From the NCBI RefSeq assembly GCF_044582135.1, contig NZ_JBDODP010000002.1:62396-94395 (forward strand): a stretch of 32,000 nucleotides of DNA, read 5' to 3'. The stretch is from Guyparkeria halopsychrophila. Its GTDB lineage: Bacteria > Pseudomonadota > Gammaproteobacteria > Halothiobacillales > Halothiobacillaceae. Below the pieces are notes generated by a model. That model was not told where the DNA came from. It saw nothing but the letters and a program-made list of their open reading frames with translations, and made no database searches. Shown one piece after another: positions 18,215-25,034 of this stretch (positions are counted from its first letter, which is position 1; each line of letters starts with the position of its first letter). The position numbers were made by a program, and so were the translations under genes.

Positions 18215-19824
18215 GCATCGCAGATCAAGCCGAAGCCTTAACGGTAAATCCTCTCGAGGCAGAGGTCGACGACCGGGACTACACCATCGCACCGCCGAAG
18301 GCTGACCCGGCGATGTTCCACGGTCTCGTCGGCGAGGTGGCAGAGGCGGCCACTACCGGACGGGAACCGAACCGGGTGAGCGTAGCCCTGACCTTCCTGA
18401 CCTGGCTGTCCGCTGCGGCCGGTCGGCATCACTTCATCAGCGTGGGCGACCAGACCCACCCGCTACTGATCAACGGCTTGCACGTCGGTCGATCCATGGT
18501 CGCAGCCAAGGGCGAGAGCTGGGCACTGGTGAAGCGCATCCGCCGCGCCGTCGGCGAGATGATGGACAGCGATCACGTGCCTAGTGCCGATGACGAGGGC
18601 GCCGTGGTCACGCCGGAACTTTTCGCCGGCCGGGTTCACTCCGGTGGTCTGTCGACGGGCGAGGGGCTGGCGGCACAGGTTCATGACGGTTTCACGACCG
18701 GCAAGACCGAGCACGCCCCCATCGACGACAAGCGCCTGCTGATCATCGAGGCGGAGTTTGCCAAGCTGCTCGCGCAAGGCAAGCGGGAGGGCAACACCCT
18801 GAGCCCGATCATCCGCGACCTGTTCGATGGCGGATCAATCCAGCCGGCCACCAAGTCCGCTAGCATCTGGGCAACCGAGCCACACGTCTGCGTTCACGGA
18901 GCGATCACGCCGTTCGAGCTGAGGGCACGCATGGACGCTACGGCGGCACACAACGGCCTGATGAATCGGTTCCTGATCATCTTCGCCGAGCGCACCCGGC
19001 TGGTGGCTTTCCCCGAGCCCACGCCCGACGAGGTGGTTCAACGCCTCGCGGTTCGCACCAGGGACGTGATCAAGTTCGCCCGAGGGGACTACCCGCGTAC
19101 CAAGTACGCCGCGCCGATCACGCTCTCCGACGAGGCCCGGGAAATGTACCGGGAGGCCTATCCGGACCTGCGGCGGCGCGACGGCTCCACGCCGATCATT
19201 ACCTCGGTTCTCGAGCGCCGGGCGCCGATCACCATGCGGCTGGCGGGACTGTTCGCCATGACCGACCAGACCGCCGTGATCGGTGTCGACCACATGCGAG
19301 CAGCGCTCGCCTGGTCACGGTTCCACCGGGAATCGGTCGGGTTCATCTTCGGGTCGGACATGACCCAGCGTATCCAGTCGGAGAAGCGCCGCGAACACAA
19401 GCAGAAGATCCTTGACGGCATCGCGGTCGAGCGATGGATCACCAGGACGGAGATTCAGCGCCGACTGTTCGCCAACCGGATCAAGGCATCAGACCTGACC
19501 GCCGCCCTCGAGGACCTACTCGCCGACGGGCAGATCGAGCAACGGGAACGACCGAAGGACAACGGCATCAGCACCGTGAAAGAGTATTCCCGGCCTGCGA
19601 AAGATGCGAACCATGCGATACATGGCACCAGCACCGCATCCGCGCCGATGCGAATGTCCGCGAACCATGCGACACAAGGGCAGGCGGACACCGATCAAGC
19701 TCCCCATGGTTCGCATGATTCGCAAAGGTTTGCGACCCCCGAAACCCGCACCAGCGCCCATGTTTCGCATCATTCGCATGGTTCGCAGACCACACAGGGA
19801 AATGATGACGAGGCGGTGGTATGA
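18211..19824 (+). CDS. DUF3987/YfjI-like replication-associated protein with C-terminal winged-helix-like region and His/Ser-rich tail
   Basis: 537 aa. N-terminal FHGLVGEVAEA..., LSTGEGL, LLIIEAEF and NRFLIIFAE resemble island/satellite DUF3987 proteins as I recall them. I could not find a canonical GxxxxGK[ST]. Confidence 0.5.
   Translation: MSIADQAEALTVNPLEAEVDDRDYTIAPPKADPAMFHGLVGEVAEAATTGREPNRVSVALTFLTWLSAAAGRHHFISVGDQTHPLLINGLHVGRSMVAAKGESWALVKRIRRAVGEMMDSDHVPSADDEGAVVTPELFAGRVHSGGLSTGEGLAAQVHDGFTTGKTEHAPIDDKRLLIIEAEFAKLLAQGKREGNTLSPIIRDLFDGGSIQPATKSASIWATEPHVCVHGAITPFELRARMDATAAHNGLMNRFLIIFAERTRLVAFPEPTPDEVVQRLAVRTRDVIKFARGDYPRTKYAAPITLSDEAREMYREAYPDLRRRDGSTPIITSVLERRAPITMRLAGLFAMTDQTAVIGVDHMRAALAWSRFHRESVGFIFGSDMTQRIQSEKRREHKQKILDGIAVERWITRTEIQRRLFANRIKASDLTAALEDLLADGQIEQRERPKDNGISTVKEYSRPAKDANHAIHGTSTASAPMRMSANHATQGQADTDQAPHGSHDSQRFATPETRTSAHVSHHSHGSQTTQGNDDEAVV
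19603..19787. repeat. iteron-like cluster of ATGCGAA / TTCGCAT repeats (candidate origin of replication)
   Basis: Forward copies: gATGCGAAccATGCGA (19603-19618) and gATGCGAAtgtccGCGAAccATGCGA (19647-19672). Inverted copies: catggTTCGCATgaTTCGCA (19705-19724) and catgtTTCGCATcaTTCGCATggTTCGCA (19759-19787). The overall dyad is centred near 19690. Confidence 0.6.
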
Positions 19825-20257
19825 GAGCCGCCGACATCATCACGACCCTAGCCGGTCGCAGGATCGCGATTTTGCTCGAGGAAGACGGGTTCACGCGCGG
19901 CCCGGGGACATCGCTTGACCGATGACGATGTATGGCTGATTAGCCGACACAAGCAGGCTCTTATTTACCTGCTCACGATCCGAACCGAAGCGGACAAAGC
20001 CGGAAGTCTTGCGGTCAACGTATCACCCAGGGAATTCAGACCGAAGGGTAGATCGGACGTGGTCCGCCTCTGCCGGTTGCGAGCGCAAGGGGGCCGTAGA
20101 TCGGGCCAACCTGCGGGACGCTCTCAGCTGAATCCACGATGGAACTGTGGCCGACGACCACATGTGGGAGACGATCGATGCGTGCCTACTTGCTGACCCT
20201 GGCGTTGGAGGCGGCGACATGACCGACGCGACCCAATTTCATCCCTTCGAGGGGGGG
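19821..20257 (+). pseudogene. decayed or frame-hopping small gene(s), N-terminal part resembling a TubC_N-like docking motif
   Basis: Frame a, 19821-19925: MRAADIITTLAGRRIAILLEEDGFTRGPGTSL. It continues sensibly only in the +1 frame from 19915: TDDDVWLISRHKQALIYLLT. Further coding-like stretches (high third-position G+C) lie in a third frame, interrupted by TGA at 20129. Confidence 0.35.
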
Positions 20258-21862
20258 TTACATATTGAGGCCTCGGTCTTTGTGCGGGTAAATTGGGGCG
20301 TGATCCTCCGGGGTCATGTCGCTCACCTCGTCTTCCGGGCGCTTCATAGTTCTCGCTCCGCCGTGTTGCTCCATCTTGTGACTGACCATGCGCATTTGGC
20401 GGTGGCGGCGGCCAGGAGTGTGGAATTCGATGTGATCGAGTCGCCCGTCCTCGGTAGCCTTCCGGATGATTTCTGCAGCAACGTCGTCTGAGACGTTGAA
20501 GGCCAATCGCTCCCAATCAGCGTCACACCCCGCAAGGTACAGCGCAGTCGCGATTTGATGTGGTGTTGCCTCTTGAGGGGGCGCGCCAATAGTTTGTTCC
20601 CCCTCAACGGATATCAGGCCGTGCAATTGTCGGAAAGATCCGCTTGCAAGGTCGGCATGTGATGGCTCTTGGCTGGTGGGCATGACCGTGGACCATCCGG
20701 CAAGCAATTTGCTTCTCGTCCGTTTCTCTTCTCGGACTTTCTCCTCAGCCGCTAGCGCGCGTGCTTCCGCTGCTTGACGCAACTTCTCGGCTTCTTTGAA
20801 CGCTGCCTGCACTTTGCGGGCGGGGTAGACGAGTGCTTGTTTGGTTTCGATGCATTCGCCGAGCAGATGTCGTTTTTCGCGCCCGGTTACACGCTCGATC
20901 CGTCTCGGTGGTTCAAGCTCGATGTGCTCTGACTGCAATTTGGCCAATCGCTGCTCGGCCTCTTTGGCGCGGGACTCGTACTCCCTTAAGCGTTGGCGTA
21001 GCTCGTTGACTTGCTGCTCGGCCTCGTCGGCGGTGGCAAGAGCTTGGTCGAGCCGACGTCGGGCCATAGTGGTTTGCTGCCGATGATGCTCTATTTCAGT
21101 TTCGGCTTGCGCTTCAGCTTGTTCGACTCGCTGCAGAGCTTGCGCGACCTCAGCATCGGCCATGGCCTCTGCTTCCTCTGCGCGAGCAATGGCTCTGTCC
21201 CGCTCATTGCGCGCAGACTCGAGTTCGGCGGGCAGATCCCGGTGCAGCTCGCTTACCGAGCGGTGCACCCACGCCGAAGGACTTTCTCCGTCCGCGATGC
21301 GTGCCCGCTTGGAACGGCCACGCTCAAAACCCAGATCGGCATAAGGCTCGATTGCGATGTCTTGTATTTCCCGCAGGGCTTGCCGATTCATGCGTCGGCT
21401 CACAGGTTGGCCATCCAGACCGACACCGTGCAAAGTGAAGTGAGCGTGGGGTGCAGACTCGTCTCGATGCACTACCAGGCCGGCGACGGTTGTCGTCAAG
21501 CGCTCAGCAATCGCCTCGGCGGTCTGAACGTAGCGCCGATCCTGTTCGGTGACCGGTAATGATTGGATTTCGGATTGGGCATCACTCGAGAACGCAACAA
21601 TGCCGCGAACAGCCACGATACCGTCTGACCGAATCGGTCCAGGTCGTCGTCTCAGCTCTCCGCGTTTATATCGAACGAGTCGTCGGTGTTCGCATTTTTT
21701 GGCGAGGTCGGGTGATCTTGGAACGGGAATCGGAGTGGTGTTGAGGTGGCAGAGCTTCGGGTCAACATAGTCGGGGATCTGTCCGCGGGTATCGTGCAGA
21801 CGTTGTCCCGCGTGGCCGCTACGAGTGGTTGTGCCGATGCGGACAATCGCAGTTTTAGGCAT
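20258..21862 (-). CDS. MobV-family (Mob_Pre) relaxase with long coiled-coil C-terminal half
   Basis: Motif I HDTR (HxxR) near the N-terminus. Motif III HRDESAPHAH (HxDExxPHxH) is encoded at 21440-21469. AGGAGG lies 5 nt upstream of ATG 21862. Confidence 0.8.
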   Translation of the reverse strand: MPKTAIVRIGTTTRSGHAGQRLHDTRGQIPDYVDPKLCHLNTTPIPVPRSPDLAKKCEHRRLVRYKRGELRRRPGPIRSDGIVAVRGIVAFSSDAQSEIQSLPVTEQDRRYVQTAEAIAERLTTTVAGLVVHRDESAPHAHFTLHGVGLDGQPVSRRMNRQALREIQDIAIEPYADLGFERGRSKRARIADGESPSAWVHRSVSELHRDLPAELESARNERDRAIARAEEAEAMADAEVAQALQRVEQAEAQAETEIEHHRQQTTMARRRLDQALATADEAEQQVNELRQRLREYESRAKEAEQRLAKLQSEHIELEPPRRIERVTGREKRHLLGECIETKQALVYPARKVQAAFKEAEKLRQAAEARALAAEEKVREEKRTRSKLLAGWSTVMPTSQEPSHADLASGSFRQLHGLISVEGEQTIGAPPQEATPHQIATALYLAGCDADWERLAFNVSDDVAAEIIRKATEDGRLDHIEFHTPGRRHRQMRMVSHKMEQHGGARTMKRPEDEVSDMTPEDHAPIYPHKDRGLNM

Positions 21863-21928
21863 GGTGCCTCCTAGCATCGGTGCCAGCGATGCACTCCGGG
21901 ATGGAGCAAAGCAACGTCGTTTGTTGGG

Positions 21929-21960
21929 CTAACATATAGTAGGTTAGACGTTAGTGGATT
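21929..21960. other. candidate oriT region upstream of the relaxase gene
   Basis: AT-rich. ctaac-atatagtag-gttag inverted repeat plus a second gttag. atagtaggttag / gttagtggatta loosely resemble the MobV nick region ..atagtgtg/tta.. as I recall it. Confidence 0.25.
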
Positions 21961-21968
21961 AAAAGAAA

Positions 21969-22163
21969 GTGTCGCTAATTAGGTTCCAGGGTATGGATTC
22001 AGTAGCAAATCCTCGCGTTCCGGCCGATGTCGATGTTTCTCAAGTCATCGATGAGATCGTCCTTATCACTCACAAGGAGATGGGGGTCTGGTCGGAGCGC
22101 CACAGACGGAGCCGCTTCCGGAACTGGTCATCAATTACGTTGAATAGGGGGGTAGTGCCATGA
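21969..22163 (+). CDS. hypothetical protein (start GTG 21969 or ATG 21993)
   Basis: Track ORF of 64 aa. Its stop overlaps the next start (ATGA at 22160). No family recognised. Confidence 0.3.
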   Translation: MSLIRFQGMDSVANPRVPADVDVSQVIDEIVLITHKEMGVWSERHRRSRFRNWSSITLNRGVVP

Positions 22164-22285
22164 ACACAGAGAACAACGGCTGGAACACCGCCAATATCAT
22201 GGATGTGACGATCTATATCCTGGCCAAGATCGTCCAAATCGGATTGATCGGGCTGGCCCTGTATTACCTATGGGTGGTCTTTTGA
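22160..22285 (+). CDS. 41-aa single-pass membrane peptide
   Basis: Hand-translated: MNTENNGWNTANIMDVTIYILAKIVQIGLIGLALYYLWVVF*. Not in the track (<60 aa). Translationally coupled to the upstream ORF. Confidence 0.4.
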   Translation: MNTENNGWNTANIMDVTIYILAKIVQIGLIGLALYYLWVVF

Positions 22286-22333
22286 ACAAGGCCCCTGAGT
22301 CATCATCAGCAAGTGCAAAAAAGGAGACACCTC

Positions 22334-23008
22334 ATGTTGAAGCGCACCCACGTTTTCGCCCTGGCCGCCATCATTGCCCTGACTGGGGGGCTGACCGCCT
22401 GTGGCGGCCCGGATGCACCGGAAAGCCCGACCAACCCGTTTAACGGCACCTATAAGGGCAACGTCTTCCTGGATGGCTATCCGCTTCCGGCCGACCAACC
22501 GACCCCGTACATGACGATTGACGGCAAGACGCTGCGGACGTGGGTTGGCCCCGATCGCGAACACGATCGGACTGATGAGTTCAGCTACATCAAGGTCGAG
22601 ACCTTCAAGAGCGGCAAACCCAAGAAAGTCGCGTTCTACAACGAGTACGACGAGGCCGAGTGGACCTTCGTATCAACCCGTAATGGTACCGGCGGGATCA
22701 TGGGGCCAGACTGGTCATTCGGGCATTACGTCCCGGTCGACTTCGACCCGGATGCCATTCGGGCAAGGCAAGAGAAGGAGGCGACGCTCGCGACGGAGCG
22801 GCAAAAGACCGTGAACAAGGTGGTGGCGTTCGGTAACGCTTGGATGGAGGCGTCAGACACATGCAAAGCCAGGGGCCTCGAAGCCACCGAGGATCAAAGC
22901 GTGGACATGGAGATCCTTCGGGCCTGCCTTCAGAAGGTCGATGAATGCGAGAAAGCGCACAAGGCCGAGCACGACATCGAGGGATTCAAGTCCTGCTTTG
23001 ACGACTGA
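22334..23008 (+). CDS. lipoprotein of unknown function with C-terminal four-Cys module
   Basis: MLKRTHVFALAAIIALTGGLTA|CGG lipobox. AAGGAG lies 7 nt upstream of ATG 22334. C-terminus AFGNAWMEASDTC...ACLQKVDECEKA..DIEGFKSCFDD. Confidence 0.7.
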   Translation: MLKRTHVFALAAIIALTGGLTACGGPDAPESPTNPFNGTYKGNVFLDGYPLPADQPTPYMTIDGKTLRTWVGPDREHDRTDEFSYIKVETFKSGKPKKVAFYNEYDEAEWTFVSTRNGTGGIMGPDWSFGHYVPVDFDPDAIRARQEKEATLATERQKTVNKVVAFGNAWMEASDTCKARGLEATEDQSVDMEILRACLQKVDECEKAHKAEHDIEGFKSCFDD

Positions 23009-23045
23009 ACCGGCGCGATTCCGCGCCACGCCATGAGGTGACACC

Positions 23046-23759
23046 ATGCGATTTCTGATTCTGTTTCTCGGCCTGGCCGTCCAATCGGCCGCACTGGCCG
23101 GCTGGACTGTGGAGTCCCACACGGACGCCATGACCGACGAAGTGAAGAAGAAGGCCACGGTCACGAACGACCTTGGCAACTCCTTTACCATCTACCGGAT
23201 CGCCCCTGGCGGGGAGGTCTGGGGCAACTTCGCACTCTCCGAGCGGATGGTCGATCAGGTTGATTGGCGCGATCCGCCTATCTTCCGGGTCGACAAGCAC
23301 GAGCCGCACGATCTGGAGGATGAAAAGAAACTGGATGCCTTGCTGAAAAAGCTCGGGGACTCCGGTGATGTCTACAAGTGGGAGCCCAAGTGGGTCAACT
23401 TCTCGATGTGGCACGGCGACCCCGACGAGGGCATTGCGCCGGTGCTGGTCGAGATCATGGAAGGCTCCAAGCTGATCGTCCGCTACCACCTGGGCACGGG
23501 TGGCTACAAGGACACCACGTTCACGCTCAAGGGCTCGGCCGATGCGATAGCCGAAGCGGTCGGCATCAGTCCGACCGTCGACCATGCCGAGCAGCAGCGC
23601 GTCCAGGCTTTCAAGAACGCCGTCTTGGAGGCGTCCGATCAGTGCAAGCAAGACATGACCTCCATGTCCGATTTCAAGGCGTGCATGATGAAACGGATCA
23701 AATGCGTGAAGCAGGCAGACCAAGACATCCAAGTGTTCAAGTCCTGCTTTTACGACTGA
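23046..23759 (+). CDS. secreted (Sec signal) protein of unknown function, paralogous C-terminal four-Cys module
   Basis: MRFLILFLGLAVQSAALA|GW signal peptide. C-terminus AFKNAVLEASDQC...ACMMKRIKCVKQ..DIQVFKSCFYD. Confidence 0.7.
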   Translation: MRFLILFLGLAVQSAALAGWTVESHTDAMTDEVKKKATVTNDLGNSFTIYRIAPGGEVWGNFALSERMVDQVDWRDPPIFRVDKHEPHDLEDEKKLDALLKKLGDSGDVYKWEPKWVNFSMWHGDPDEGIAPVLVEIMEGSKLIVRYHLGTGGYKDTTFTLKGSADAIAEAVGISPTVDHAEQQRVQAFKNAVLEASDQCKQDMTSMSDFKACMMKRIKCVKQADQDIQVFKSCFYD

Positions 23760-23776
23760 TAGGAAGGGAGATCGCC

Positions 23777-24181
23777 ATGCGAGAAGCGAACTACCAACGC
23801 AAGCCGATCACGGCATTTGAGCCGGGGGACACGCTTTACATCTAGAAGATGGAAGGCGACTTTGCCCTGGCCTACCTGTGCCGCTTCAAGGCATACCGGC
23901 GCGGCGTGGTCTCGGCCGAAGTGATCGCCCCGGCCAACACGGCGCGGGTGGGTCGAGCCTACAAGCTCAGATCCGGATCGCCCATCACGGCGCGGCTGAA
24001 AGAACTGCAACCTGTGGAGATTCGATCGCCACCACGTCGGTGGCAATCACCGGGTGATCTGGTTTCGCCACAAGGACTGCCCGGCCAACTCTCGATGGGA
24101 TCGGCTCGGTTTTTCTGCTCGTTGGCGTATTACATCCATTCGCTGAGAGCGTCTGCCTTGGCTTCGGCCAGCCTGGCGTAG
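23777..24181 (+). pseudogene. small ORF interrupted by an in-frame TAG (23843-23845), probably also frameshifted near 24000
   Basis: AGGAAGGGAG RBS, then ATG 23777: MREANYQRKPITAFEPGDTLYI * K MEGDFALAYLCRFKAYRRGVVSAEV... in one frame. Third-position G+C stays high across the stop, then moves to another frame after about 23995. Confidence 0.3.
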
Positions 24182-24245
24182 AGTGTGCTGCTTCCACATA
24201 CATAACGCGCCCTCCCGTGTGTTCTTTCCGATTCGTCTTTGGTTG

Positions 24246-25034
24246 CTAACCAACGATCGACATCAGGTTGTTCCATTGACCAGTAAGAAATCCAAGGACA
24301 TCAACGTTACTTGCGTAAAGGAACTGCACTGCCGTCAGGCCCAGGAAGAAAACGATAAAAAGAACTGTCCATCGCTTGGTCTTTTTCCGGACTTGCTGCT
24401 CCTCCTCTTTCCTTTTTGCAATGCGTTCCTGCTCCAGTCTTTCCTGAAACTCCTGCAGGGATCGTGCGTGTTCTTCGGCACGCCGGATTCGTTCTTCTTC
24501 CTGGCGGCGAAGATGCTTTCGGTGCTGGAGGAAAGCCTTTTCCTCTCCGGTTTGATCGTCTGGAGCCTTTTCTTTTAGCTGTTGTTCCCGGTGCGCGTCG
24601 TGCCTTTCTTGCGCTTGTCTCTGTCTTTCCTGCTCGGCATTGATCTCCTTTCTTGCCTGCTGTTTCACGCGCTTTCCAACTTCGGCGGGGGCGTTGATGT
24701 CTGCGGCAGCTTCTTCTGCCACGTCTTCCAGAAAACGAAGGCCTTCCGGGTAAGCGGGAATCTTGATTGCTCCCGAGTCCAGATATGGTTGGAGGTAGAC
24801 CTCCAGCACGCGATGCTTGGCTCTCCACGTGACGGCTTCGTTTTGCCATTCGCCCAGAAGGTGCTGAAAACGACTGACTTGCTGTACAAGTGCCTTAGCG
24901 CGGGCTTCTTCCTCGTCGGCGCGTTGTTCTTGTTCTCTGGCGCGGTTTTCCTGTTCGGTCGCGAAGTTCATCCATTCTTGGAGGCTATCGGCCCTGGCCC
25001 CGGCCAGGGATGCCCAATACATGCTGCCAGCCAT
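24246..25034 (-). CDS. tail-anchored membrane protein with long charged coiled-coil-like cytoplasmic region
   Basis: 262 aa. About 215 aa are rich in E/R/Q/K (EQERQRQAQERH.., RRQEEERIRRAEEHARSLQEFQERLEQERIAKRKEEEQQ). A single TM follows (WTVLFIVFFLGLTAVQFLY) with a short tail. No family recognised. Confidence 0.65.
   Translation of the reverse strand: MAGSMYWASLAGARADSLQEWMNFATEQENRAREQEQRADEEEARAKALVQQVSRFQHLLGEWQNEAVTWRAKHRVLEVYLQPYLDSGAIKIPAYPEGLRFLEDVAEEAAADINAPAEVGKRVKQQARKEINAEQERQRQAQERHDAHREQQLKEKAPDDQTGEEKAFLQHRKHLRRQEEERIRRAEEHARSLQEFQERLEQERIAKRKEEEQQVRKKTKRWTVLFIVFFLGLTAVQFLYASNVDVLGFLTGQWNNLMSIVG

Noticed and set aside
19604-19918. 104-aa plus-strand ORF (MRTMRYM...MVRMIRK...MFRIIRMVRR) and several minus-strand ORFs over the repeat cluster.
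   Set aside because: Their periodic peptide repeats are a by-product of the ATGCGAA/TTCGCAT DNA repeats read in other frames. The DUF3987-like frame is the one continuous with an upstream conserved protein.
20147-20491. 114-aa plus-strand ORF running antisense into the relaxase 3' end.
   Set aside because: Only its first ~35 codons (before 20258) look coding. The rest is the shadow of the relaxase gene. The 5' part is treated as belonging to the decayed locus 19821-20257.
24130-24276. 48-aa minus-strand ORF (MEQPDVDRWLATKDESERTHGRARYVCGSSTLYARLAEAKADALSEWM) overlapping the 3' end of the coiled-coil gene.
   Set aside because: It looks protein-like but is very short, with no clear RBS and no recognisable family. 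It lies in a region that also shows decayed plus-strand coding signal, so it cannot be supported from sequence alone.
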